In this document: piece by piece, positions 38,742-50,778 of the stretch
Position numbering within the stretch: position 1 is the first letter of the stretch
How the letters are laid out: every line of letters starts with the position of its first letter
Assembly: GCA_951406725.2 (NCBI GenBank)
Contig: OX597815.1
Coordinates: forward strand, 115,816,001 to 115,880,000
Origin: Octopus vulgaris
Lineage: Eukaryota
Reading direction: 5' to 3'
Length of the DNA stretch: 64,000 bases
The notes under the pieces: model-generated
The model's input: only the letters and a program-made list of their open reading frames with translations
What the model was told of the DNA's origin: nothing
Databases searched by the model: none
Translations under genes and position numbers: made by a program

Positions 38742-39117
38742 ATCATCATTATCTAACGTCCGTTTTCCATGCTGGCATGGGTTGGACTGTTCAACTGGGG
38801 TCTGGGAAGCCAGGAGGCTGCACCAGGCCCCAATCTGATCTGGCAGTGTTTCTACAGCTGGATGCCCTTCCTAACACCAATCACTCTGAGAATGTAGTGG
38901 GTGCTTTTTACATGCCACCGGCACAGGGGCCAGTGGAGCTGGCATTGACCACAATCAGATGGTGCTTTTTACGTGCCACCAGCACAGAAGCCAGCCAAAG
39001 TGGCACTGGCATCAGCCATGTTTGAATGTTGCTTTTTACGTGCTACTGGCATGGGGGTCACAACTACAATTTCCATTTGATTTGATTTTGATATTGCTGT
39101 TGATGTTGATGTACTTG
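38742..39117 (-). mobile_element. RTE 3'-UTR-derived element truncated at a perfect palindrome
   Basis: Family signature, 3 tandem units. Confidence 0.85.
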
Positions 39118-39216
39118 AAGTATTATGGTTATACCATAGGCACAGGAGTGGCTGTGTGGTAAACAAGCTACTTACCACACAGCCACTCCTGTGCCTATGG
39201 TATAACCATAATACTT
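39118..39216. repeat. Perfect 45-bp inverted repeat with 9-nt loop
   Basis: 39118-39162 is the exact reverse complement of 39172-39216. Confidence 0.97.
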
Positions 39217-41514
39217 TGGTTATACTATTTTAGCATTAGTCCTATCCCTTCCCTTTCTACAACACACACACACTGATTAAATTTTGCTCACTGCTCACTT
39301 AGCAAGCAACAAAACATATACTTGTCTACTACCTTTCACCTTACATTTTGAATAAGCAACTACATGTGAAACTTCAAAATCAGTGTCAACAGAATTATAA
39401 TGAATATAATAAATCTTAAACTCTACACTTATATTGAGTTCTTTATTCAGTCAATGTTCAGTTATTTTTATTGTTTCGTGCTTGCTTGTGTGTGTGTGCA
39501 TGCCTGCATGAGTGTGTGCATGTGCGTATGCATGTGTATGAGTGTAATACAGGGGAGAAATCAATATTTTCAAATGCAGAATCCAATCCAAATGCAGCTG
39601 GTTTTGGCAGTTGATATGTGAGCACTATATAATGTAATAGCAATACAAATGTGTTCAGAAGGTAACAGAGCCCTGAGATTGGAACAAGCAAGACACTTGG
39701 TCAGGCAGCTAAGTAACACTTTTCAACTACAAACAATCAAACAGTTTCATGCTAGGTATCTCACCCCATTCTTGTGTTTTCATGCCTGAAGAATGAATGT
39801 TATGCTCACTGATCCAAATGGTCAATGCAATTTTCAAATTCAATAATGAAAGAACATTGATTGGAAAGAGGAATAAAATCTGCTGATCAAGCCAGCTAAG
39901 CTGTGAAATAATGAGAGAAAAGGGGGAAGAGAAACATTAGCTAGAGACTATATATCTAAACCACCAGAGTTGAGTTAAGAAATCCATCATGGTGATAACA
40001 CATAGACTCTTGAAGATTATTTCATCAAAGTTTTCTAATCTAGCTGATGAATCACATGGTGATAATAGTAACATATGGTCCAGTCACAGTATGTTCAAAC
40101 AACTTTTCAATATAAAGAATGTTTAGTGCTTCTCAATTTCATTGAGGTACTTTAACATTAGTGATTACTCAACAAATTTTTCAACAATACTTTCAGCTGC
40201 TTTCTGGTTATAAGCATCCTGAGAATTATCCAGTTTGATCTCTCAGGAATTGACACAATCAGCAACAGTTGATAAAACGAACTGGCAATCTCATGGTGTC
40301 TTTTAAAATTGCAACTGGTAACCAACAGGTCATCTTTTGTATCGTTCACTATAAAGTTAAAGTTATTGAATGAATTAATAACTTCTCCCCTAACTGTTAC
40401 AACAGGGAGATTGCTGCAAGCATTGGATGTTGAATTAATGGACTTTGCAATCTCATCAACTACCACTGAGAATAAAACTGAGCTTGGTCAATCTTTCTAT
40501 TGAATTGTTATACAAGAAAAAATCCTTTTGATGCCAAAGAACAGCTTGGTTCATAAATTTCATATAAAATTATATGATTCTCTTGCATGGAATTTTACTG
40601 TGTCCAGTTTATGTGTGTGTGTACATACATAAGTATGTATATGTAGATGGTAGTGTAGCTGTAGTTAAGAAGTTTGTTTTATAGCCTCATGAATTCATGT
40701 TCAATCACACAGGATAATACCTTGGGCAAGTGACTTCTACTTAGTCTTGGATTGCCTAATGCTTTGTGAGTGAAACTGTATGGAAGCCTGTTGTAAATTC
40801 ATAAATATAAAAATGTATGTGGGTTGAGTAGGAGATTTAGGGCTAACCATCATGATATATACATACATACACATATATATATATGCATACATACATATAT
40901 ACATACACACATGCATGTATACATACATACTTGCACACACACATATGTACATATATACATACAAAGATAAATATATAACATTAAAACAAATTATAATGAC
41001 CATAAAGCTGCAAAAACAACAGCATATGTTCTTGCCTACTTACATCATCTTAACAGTTCTGTTTGATTACATTGGCTTTATTCCAAATGTACATTAGATT
41101 AGAATAAAACAGCTGAACATGCATCACTGTTGCACTAATCTGTTGTCTATGAAAGCATGTTTGAAGGTTGATGTCTACAGGCTCTTATTAGAACAAGCTA
41201 CTGAATAGTTGTTATTTCTTTCATTTAGTATAGTCATTAGTCTAAAAAAAAAAGTAGTGGGTGCTTAATAGAGGTGCTGTTGAAAATAAGTAGAATAAGA
41301 ATTAAATGAATAGATGCAAATGTATGTGCATATACACACACATACATTTACACACAGTCCACATTGTAAAGCGGTTGGCATTAGGAAGGGCATCCAACTG
41401 TAGAAACCTTGCCAGATCAGATTGGAGCCTGGTGCAGCCTTCTGGCTTACCAGTCCTCACTCAGACTGCCCAACCCATGCCAGCATGGAAAGCGAACGTT
41501 AAACTGACATGTCT

Positions 41515-41989
41515 CACATTGACAACATATTTCATCATCTGTGTGACTGGACCAAACATCATACCTCACTGACTGACACTCCTTACTGAGTCTGTCCACT
41601 ATTTATTAGTAGTGGACCAGCCTACTTCTCACCTGGGGGCGAGATAGATTCTTTTTCTTTTCTTCTTTCAACACACATTTTTTTTTCATTGTATGAGCTT
41701 CGAATCCTCATCACCTCTGATATTTTTCACTGCGTGAAGTTCAAATCTCACCTCAGGATTTTTAACATTTTTCCACTGTGTGAGCTCCAAATCCTTGTGG
41801 CCACTGATATATGATACTGTTATACAGTGGGAGGTATCCTCATTGCCATTGATATGTCCCACATTATGACAAACATATTTTGTTGTCTGTATGACTGGCC
41901 CAATCATCGTACCTCACTGACTGACACTACTTACTGAGTCTGTCCACTACTTATTGGTAGTGGACCAGCCCACTTCTCACCTGGGGGCG
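41515..41989. repeat. Pair of ~125-bp direct repeats around three ~43-bp degenerate units
   Basis: 41515-41641 resembles 41860-41989; both end CACCTGGGGGCG. Confidence 0.85.
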
Positions 41990-42269
41990 TCTGCCACAAC
42001 ATAAACGAGAGACATAGTAGTAGAATGTGTAAGGAGTTTTCTAGTTAAGTGTGGGTAGGACACACAGCACTTCTAGAACTCAGTTTCGCTGATGTTGGCG
42101 GATCTTCTCTAGAATTCACCGACATGGGCGGGTCTTCTACAATTAGTCCTTCTTTAATAGAATATCCTTAGAGTTGGTACATACTGCCAATGTAGGCTCA
42201 TTGAAAGGTAGGTCTGGCGAGACTGCTGTGATACTTGAATGGAGGTGTGCCAGAGTGTGCTGCATTCAA

Positions 42270-42770
42270 GAAGTATAAGAGGCATCAGATGTAGTGTGCA
42301 AGAAAGTAGACTGTGCTGGTGTAGTCATGTGATGTGTATGGGCGAAGACGGCTGATCTCTAATTGTGGAAGGAACCTGTGAAAGATGTGGGCTGAGCTGG
42401 TGAAATATGATCTTTAGTTGTTGAGTCTCACAAAGACGATAACAAGTGACCAAGGCTGCTGTCAGTTTGCTATGCTTGAGAAGACATGAAGTTAAGTGAA
42501 ATCAAGGTTGTGGCCAGTGCTGGTGACATATAACAGGCATCCAGTACACTCTCTAGAGTAGTTGGTGCTAGGAAGGGAATCCAGCTGTAGAAACCAAGCC
42601 AAAACAGATTGGGGCCTGATGCAACTCTCAGGTTTACCAGCTTCAGTCAAACTGTCTAACCCATGCCAGCATAGAAAAAGGACGTTAAATCTGGCATTTT
42701 TCCAAAGATTGATATTGGAATACTAATAAATACTACAACCTTGCAGATGTTAAATGATGATGATGATGAT
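42270..42770 (+). mobile_element. Decayed RTE 3' end and 3' UTR
   Basis: IRGIRCSVQESRL-like sequence, then the GGAAGGGAATCCAGC box and (GAT)n. Confidence 0.7.
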
Positions 42771-43631
42771 TTGAATAAAACTTAACTGCTATCTTTACGA
42801 GGTCAAATGACAACATAGAGGCTTTTTTGTTTTTAATGGCTCAAGGTCTCATTAATGCTATCAAAAGGAACGTTGTGTTAACCTTGGTGTTTGATACAAA
42901 TTTGAATGAAAGAGCTGTGGGAATGATGACCAAATAGTGCAAGAGGCATTGTCAGTCCAGGCATTTCTCCAAAGATTGTTACTGGAACATAAATTCTACA
43001 GACTTGTTGATGTTAATAGTAGCAATCTTTGGTACTTACATCAAGTAGATCAGGGCTTTGAGAGGTAAGTGTTATGGTCACAGATACATTGCAATGCCAC
43101 TCAACCTTATGGTTATTCTACCTCCCAAGGCCTTATCATATCAATCATTTTGAGTACTTGTAGTGTGTTAGAATCTGTGTGTGTTAGCACCAAGGGATAA
43201 TGTTAAGCCCATAACTGACTAATTGATGATAAACAATACTAAGACGGAACCACTAGAAGGACTCCCCAATAACCTGTTAAAGCTTTGTGATAAAATCAGA
43301 TGTGTGTGTGTGCACATGTGTGTGTGTGCACATACACGCGTACACATGCATGCATGTTTGAGTGAGCATATGTATACAGAAAATAAAGAAACTGACAGGA
43401 AAGGAGAGTGGCAAATGGAATGAAAGAAAGAAAGAGAGACAGACAGAAGAAGGGAGAGGAGTAAGAGAGCAATAGACAGGTATACAGAGCAGCTGTCATA
43501 CTGTTCCTCATGACCAAATTGAAAGAGCACACAAGAAAAGAAAACTCAGTTTAATTTTATAAATGTTGCCTATGGTTTTATGATATATTGTAGTTGTAAA
43601 CTCCATTTTGATGTTATATTAGTTATACAGT

Positions 43632-44015
43632 AACTCTTTTGTTACTCTTTTACTTGTTTCAGTCATTTGACTGTCTTCAGTCAACCAAATCGACCCCAGG
43701 ACTTATTCTTTGTAAGCCAAGTAATCATTCTGTTGGTCTCTTTTGCTGAACTGCTAAGTTACGGGGACGTAAACACACAAGCATTGGTTGTCAAGCGATG
43801 TTGGAGAGACAAAAACAGACCCACAAACATACACATATATATATACATATATACGACGGGCTTCTTTCAGTTTCCATCTACCAAATCCACTCACAAGGCT
43901 TTGGTTGGCCTGAGGCTATAGTAGAAGACACTTGCCCAAGGTGCCACGCAGTGGGACTGAACCTGGAACCATGTGGTTCGTAAGCAAGCTGCTTACCACA
44001 CAGCCACTCCTATGC
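43632..44015 (-). mobile_element. Family-1 SINE
   Basis: Reverse complement of the consensus head and tail. Confidence 0.9.
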
Positions 44016-44029
44016 CTATATTTATATTT

Positions 44030-44229
44030 ATATTGAAATTCACTGCTTTTGTTTCAATTAATTTTGAAAATAATGCAGAATTTAGTATAACAACCTTGTT
44101 ATTATTAAACTAGAGTTTGTAGTATAAATTAATGTGAAGTTTAGATGGGAGTTTTTAATACAAATCACGTTAAAGTTTGCATCACAGGACCAAGGGTGGT
44201 GTCAGGCAGGTTGGTATCAAAAGGGTTAA
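44030..44229. mobile_element. Possible piggyBac-type non-autonomous element terminus
   Basis: Ends AAAAGGG|TTAA; the other terminus was not located. Confidence 0.3.
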
Positions 44230-44239
44230 ATATTTTTGA

Positions 44240-44543
44240 GTGTAGGGCCCCATGGAGGCAATGACCAAGTCCTTTAGCATTATTTCATGCTTGAGAAGAA
44301 GACCCATCAAGCCAAGCCGAGCAAAATTGCAGATGTGGCATAAACTGGTGTCATGCAAATGGCATCCATGCTCGTGGCACATAAAAGCACCCATTATGTT
44401 CTCAGAGTGGTTGGCGTTAGGAAGGATATCCAGCTGTAGGAAACCATGCCAAATCAGACTGGAGCCTGGTGTAGCCTTCTGGCAGGCCAGCCCATGCCAG
44501 CATGGACAACGGACATTAAATATTGATGATGATGATGATGATG
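44240..44543 (+). mobile_element. RTE 3'-UTR-derived element
   Basis: Signature box and (GAT)n tail; faces a decayed minus-strand copy at 44630-44850. Confidence 0.8.
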
Positions 44544-44969
44544 AAAATGAGAATGAAAATAGGATCTCATACTCCATAACTGTTGGGCTAAGAAAAAAGC
44601 AGTTCAAATTGCCTTATTCACTGTCATTATGATAATCATCATGATTGTCAATGTCTCCTATTGGCATGAGTTGGATGGTTTGACAGGATCTAAAGGTCCA
44701 GGCTACATCATGCTCCACTGTCTACTTTGGCATGGTTACTATGCCTGGATACCATTTTTAATACTAATCACTTTACAGTGTGTAATAGGTGCTTTTATTG
44801 TGCCACCAGCACCACTGAGGTTGGCATGCAGCTTGCAAGACTATGAACCCTGAGAAAGGTATCTTTATGCAAAGAGACGGGAGGGTTAAAGATTGAGTGA
44901 AGTGGACCAGAGCAGAATGGGTTTCTTGCTGTAAAGAGGCCACGTAGTTACTTACATTTTTGAAGAGAG

Positions 44970-45520
44970 GGCATGAAGGGGAATGGCTTAGTGGTCAGGT
45001 TATTTGGTTCATGACTGTAAGGTCATGAGTTCAATACCCAGTGGTGTGTTTTATCCTTGAGCAGGACACTTTATTTGCCATTGCTCCAGTTCACTCATCT
45101 GTCAAAAATGAGGAGTACCTGTATTTGAAAGGGCCAGACTTGCCACATTCTTTGTCATGCTGGATCTTCCTGAGAACTATGTTAAGGTTACATGTGTCTG
45201 TGGAGTGCTCAGTCACTTGCACATTCATTTCATGAGTAATTTCACATTAATTTCATGAATCAAGGTGGCGAGCTGGCAGAATCGTTAGCAAACTGGACAA
45301 AATGCTTAGTGGTATTTCATCTGTCTTCACATTCAAATGCCACTGGGATCTACTTTGCCTTTCATCCTTTTGGGGTTGATAAACTAAGTACCAGTTAAGC
45401 ACTGGGATCGATGTAATTGACTCATTCCCTCCCCCAAAATTTCAGGCCTTGTGCCTATAGTAGAAAGGATTAATTTCATGAGTAGGCTGTTCTGCTGATC
45501 AGATCAACTGGAACACTTTG
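44970..45520 (+). mobile_element. tRNA SINE (family 4) interrupted by a family-3 SINE (45262-45468) with TSD ATTAATTTCATGA
   Basis: TGGCTTAGTGG/GAGTTCAATAC boxes; duplicated 13-mer at 45246-45258 and 45469-45481. Confidence 0.8.
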
Positions 45521-45859
45521 ACAGTGTCAAAGAAGAGAGGATGGGGATAATCAGTGAAGCAGGGAACAGATAAGAGTAATGGTGATGCAGCGTCTGTGTG
45601 GACCCTCAAGATATAAGGCAAATAGAAGTGAATGGGGCAAAACTGGGAGTGTGTGTAAGTGGAGGTTGCAAGATTGTATCGAATAAAGAGATATGGAAAA
45701 TGGGTGGAGGTGAATATAATGAATGAAGAGGGAGTGTTGAGGAGCCATAAATAGGGGGAGATACAGAAGAATAGATGACAACTATGGAGATTATACAGGG
45801 CTTCTCATCCTCATTGCTGAGGGTTGGGGAGGATGGCTGCATGCATCTTTTCTCTCCGT

Positions 45860-46300
45860 TGATTCCTGCTTCTGGTCATTGTTGTCCATTCAGTATTCAG
45901 CCACAGGATTATTTGTCTATTCTTTGATGTCATTCAGCCCACATCCTGTTGGTCTCCACCTTCCTCACTTCCCATTGATTCTTCCCTCCCGAGAATGTGG
46001 GTGCTGAGGTTCTGGGCCCTGGCAACATGCCAAAATTACTGCAGCTTTCTGCTTCTGACAACTGCAGAAAATTGTTTTTCTGTTCCCATTTTCTCAAATA
46101 GTAACTTGTTTGATAGTTGGTTCAGCTGATCTTCAGTGCTTTGAATTTGAAGTATTGTTTGCTGTTAGAGATAAGTCTTTCATATCCATATAGTTCATCA
46201 GGGCAAACAAGTATTTTTAGGGGCTTTAATCTGATGAGTTGATAAGAGTAATTTGAAAAGTATTGAATGTTCATGAAGTAAGATTCTCTGAATACCTGAG
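45860..46300 (-). pseudogene. Decayed RTE-like RT C-terminal fragment
   Basis: KLQ*FWHVAR..GRINGK*GRWRP..LNDIKE-like sequence on the minus strand. Confidence 0.5.
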
Positions 46301-46319
46301 GAGGTTGTCACTACTTTTA

Positions 46320-46480
46320 TCTTTTACCTTTTACTTGTTTCAGTCATTAGACTGGCCATGCTGGGACACTGCCTTGAATTTTTAGTTGAATGGTACTAAT
46401 TCTCTTTTGTGGAACCACTAAGTTATGGGGATGCAAACACACCAACACCAGTCAGTGGGGAGACAAGCACAGACACAAAG

Positions 46481-46514
<34 letters not shown>

Positions 46515-46680
46515 GACAAGCTTCTTTCAGTTTCAGTCTACCAAATCCACTCACAAGGCTTTGGTTGGATCAAGACTTTAGTAGAAGACACTTGCCCAAG
46601 GTGCCATGCAGTGGGACTGAACGCAGAACCATGAGATCAGGAAGCAAGTTTCTCACCACACAGCCATGCCTGTGCCTACT
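46320..46680 (-). mobile_element. Family-1 SINE
   Basis: Head and tail are recognisable. Confidence 0.85.
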
Positions 46681-47599
46681 GTGTAAATTCTAAGCGTAAA
46701 CCAATAAGGTTTGTGTTTATAGAAATTAGCAGAAAAATATCCTCCCTGCCAAAAGAAAAACAAAACAAAAAGGCCTTGATGACTAGTGGGAAGAAAGAAA
46801 ATTATCCTAAATATTTGCAACAGAGTAGATTCTGGTAAGGCACACAAGTGTCTGGTGTTGATGTTAAACCAAATGTAGTCTACACTTTAAAGTGGTTGGC
46901 ATTTGTAAGGACATCCAGCTGTAAAAACCATGCCAAAACTGACCTCACGTGTGCTGGTGCCAAGTGAAAAGCACTCAGTCTACTCTCTGAGGTGGTTGGT
47001 GTTACGAAGGGCATCCAGTTGTAAAACCCATGCCAAAACAGACACAGAAGCCTGGTGCAGTCTTCTACCTGACCAGCTCATGTCAAACTGTCCAACCCAT
47101 ACTAGCATGAATGGAAGATAAAGACAATTCAATAAAATGACTGGTCGTCTGATGGGGCTTCACAGTTCCAATCAACCAAATTCCAGTTATAAAGCTTTGA
47201 TTAAATTCAAGGCCACAACAGAAGACACTTGATCAATGTACTGTACAATGTGATTAGCCTTGGTCCATGAGCAATCTCATGCATTAAAGAATAAGAAATT
47301 TTCTCACTCTCTGAAGTGTATAGAATTAATTTTGAATAAATTAATATTAATTATAGCTGAATTACTAGGCTGGAAAACAGACAGCAAGATTAATCAAATC
47401 TAGTAAAGTATGCAATGAAAGAGAGAGATATGCAGTTGCTTGAGCTGCTAGATATAGCAGTCAAATCTCCCTCAAATCACAACTTAATGTCTTAAAAGAG
47501 GACACATTAGATAATGTAGTCCAAGACATCTCTAAAAAACAATATAGTCACAAGTTGAATGTTTTTGACCATAGGTGTTCCAATCAGAGTTGGTCAGAC

Positions 47600-48295
47600 T
47601 CTCCATTGGTTATGATGATGAGCGTTCCAGCTGAAACAATCAATGGAACATCCTGTCTGTGAAATTAACGTGCAAGTGGCTGAGCGCTCCACAAATATGC
47701 ATGCTTTTAACAGGGAGATTCAGCTTGATGCACTGATTGCGACAAGGCTAGTGACTGCAGATACTACTCATTTTTGCCAGCTGCATGTACTGGAGCAACA
47801 TGGAATAAAATGTCTTGCTCTAACACTCAATGTGCTGTCAAGAATTGAACTCATGACCTTACAATCAAGAATCAAATATTATTTACATTCGACGGATATT
47901 TGTCCTCATCTTGTTTGTTGTTAACACAACTTTTCCAGCCTTCTTCAGATATTATATTATATTAGATTTATAAGCCCTAAAATTCACTCCATAATTGCCC
48001 ACAGGCATATGGCATAGTGGTTAAGAGCGCAGGCTACTAACCCCAAGATTCCGAGTTTGATTCCAAGCAGTGACCTGAACAACAACAACATCGAAGAATA
48101 CCTTAGGAATGAGAACCCAGGTTCGAAATTTCCCCAAGATACCTCAAGAAGGCTGGAGGGTATATTAGCCGAAACGTTGTGTTAACAACAAACAAGATGA
48201 GGATAAATATCCGTCGAATGTAAATAATGTATATAATTCCTCATCTCTTAAATATAGAACTGTATGAATCAAATATCTAAGCTAAGTGTCTTCAA
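47600..48295 (-). mobile_element. Family-4 SINE split by the 47880-48265 insertion
   Basis: Reverse complement of the 44970 family; its tRNA head is interrupted at GAATCAAATAT. Confidence 0.7.
47880..48265 (+). mobile_element. tRNA-headed short element with Penelope-like hammerhead tail and inverted 5' copy of the tail
   Basis: TSD GAATCAAATAT (47869-47879, 48266-48276); tRNA-like 48003-48075; HHR-like motif 48138-48183; 47878-47930 is a 52/53 reverse complement of 48176-48228. Confidence 0.75.
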
Positions 48296-48899
48296 GTTGT
48301 CTGGGGCCTAAGCAAGATCAACAAATTTTGTTAGGATGATGACATAACTCCAAAATTCTTAATTCACTTCAATTACAACTATGTGTCCAAGTTCAAAGAT
48401 CAGTATTAGTTTATTTTATCTTTGGCAACTCCAAACATGTGTAGAGATGCCTGGTTCTAGATGCCATTGTGGAACATTCATCCATGCATGCGCATAGAAT
48501 TAGAGCTTTTCAGAGATTTGATGGAAGCCCCTTATGCACATGTGCAATCATCATCAGCAGCTAGGTTTGACCACCCATTCCTCTTCGGCCCCGGCTTCTG
48601 ACCAGACAGGATGCAACTTAGACCAGCTCCGTGGAGCTAGAATTCTGACGGCGAGTGACGTTGCGAGTTTGTGAAAATGCCTTCGTATTTTTGTGTCTAA
48701 CTACCAGCTCTGCTGCTTCCACTCCAAGGCTACCAATGTCCAGAGATGAAATGGTTATTCAGGCGAAATAAATTGTTATTGTTATTTGTTTAGAGAGATC
48801 TTGTCCTTGCCTTTTCCTTCCATGAACTATGTACAGAATTGTGAAGCACCCATCCAGTGCCAATCCATTTTCCTAAACATGTTTTATTATTAACATTAC

Positions 48900-49210
48900 C
48901 AAGCTGGGTGAAATGCTTAGCGATATTTCATGTCTTTACATTCTGAGTTCAAATTCTGCCGAGGTCAACTTTGCCTTTCATCCTTTTGAAGTCGACAAAT
49001 TAAGTACCAGTTGCGTACGGGGATCGATTTAATCAACTAGGCCCCCTCCCCCAAAATTTTGTGCCTTGTGCCTAGAGTAGAAAAGATTATTAAACCTCCT
49101 TAAAGCTGGCAGAATTGTTAGCATGCTAGACAAAATACTTAGAGGTATTTCATCTGTCTTTGTGTTCTGAGTTCAAATTCCACTGAGATAGACTTTGCCT
49201 TTCATTCTTG
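48900..49210 (+). mobile_element. Two tandem family-3 (Nin-like) SINEs
   Basis: GAGTTCAAATTC..CTTTGCCTTTCAT occurs twice. Confidence 0.8.
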
Positions 49211-49349
49211 CCTTCTTCAGTTATTATAGGACTTTCTGCTCCCAGAGCTTGAATACAGTCTTGTTCTGCTTTGTCAGATTTCTCTTTGGAACTTAGATTT
49301 TGTGATAGACTCCCTATGCTGATTTACACAAATTATGGCAAACATAATC

Positions 49350-49730
49350 TTTTATCTTTCACTTGTTTCAGTCATTAGACAGCAGTCATGCTGGGGCACT
49401 ACCTTGAAGAAATTTAGCTGAATGAACTGATTCCAGTATTTAGCTTGGCACCTATTCTGTCAGTCTTTTTTGCCAAATTGCCAAATTACGGGGACATATT
49501 CAAACCAACACCAGTTGTGAAGTGGTGGTGAGAACAAACAAATATACATGCAGACACACACACACAGCATGATCCTTTCAATTTCCATCTACCAGATACC
49601 AGATTCTCTTGCAAGGTTCTGGTCAGCCCAGGGCTATAGTATCAGACACATGCCCAAGGTGCCATGCGGCTGGACCTAGATGCATGTAGTTGGGAAGCAA
49701 ACTTCTTACCAGACAGCCAAACCTGTGACT
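49350..49730 (-). mobile_element. Older family-1 SINE
   Basis: Head and tail are recognisable. Confidence 0.8.
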
Positions 49731-50289
49731 AATGACTGAAGAAAATTATCCAGAATTCCTGCTGCATGAAACACGATAGCTAAGCAAACATAATACACTG
49801 AGTTAAAACTAAGAAACTTAATACAATGAGTAAAAGAAAAACCAGTTAATTATAATGATCATTGCAGTGAGGAAACGAAAACATAGGCTCAATGACTAAT
49901 GGTAATCAAATTTGGTTAAAGTTAAAGGGAGTGACAAATTCAATATTTTAATTACTTAAAATTTGATTTATGCATGTAGTGAAGAAATTAAAATATTCAT
50001 TTGAAAACTAATATTCAATTAGTCTGATCTTTAGCAAACATAGAGGTAACTACATGTTTCAGTGTTATTAGACCTCATCAGAGCATAACCTTTTTTTCAG
50101 CATTTATATGATCTTTGACATTTTCAGAAACATTGATGCCTAGTTAGATATGAATTAGCTAGTTCTGAAAATTGAGATATTTGTACATAAAAAACAAAAC
50201 CGATTCACTAATTTATAAGCCTTTTACACAAACTTGACTGCATGAAAATGCCATTATAATAGGTTTATAATAAAATGAGTTCATGGCTG

Positions 50290-50745
50290 CACCAGTTTTG
50301 CATAACCAGCCCCAGTCCATTCAAATGTACCTTGGATCATAGGGCGACCTGCTGTGCTTGAGGAGACCTATTGAGTCGAATACATCAACATCAAAATAAA
50401 AATCGAGCAGAAATTGTAGTTGTGATACCTGTGCCGGTGGCATGTAAAAAGCATCATCTAAACATGGCCAATGCCAGCGCCGCCTTAACTGGCTTCCATG
50501 CAGATGGCACATAAAAATCACCAACCGATCGTGGCCGTTGCAAGCCTCCTCTGGTCACTGTGCCGATGGCACGTAAAAAGCATCCACTGCACTCACGGAG
50601 TGGTTGCATTAGGAAAGGCTTCCAACTGTAGAAACACTGCCAGATCAGACTGGAGCCTGGTGCAGCCTCCTGGCTTCCCAGACCCCGGTCGAACCGTCCA
50701 ACTCATGCTAGCATGGAAAACGTACGTTAAACTATGGTGATGATG
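50290..50745 (+). mobile_element. RTE 3'-UTR-derived element
   Basis: Reverse complement of 30582-31090. Confidence 0.88.
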
Positions 50746-50778
50746 ATAATGTTTATAAAAACAAAGAAAAATGATAGG

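Noticed and set aside
48003-48075. Functional tRNA gene
   Set aside because: The acceptor stem does not pair, the B-box is degenerate, and it lies inside a TSD-bounded insertion. The same applies to the other SINE heads.
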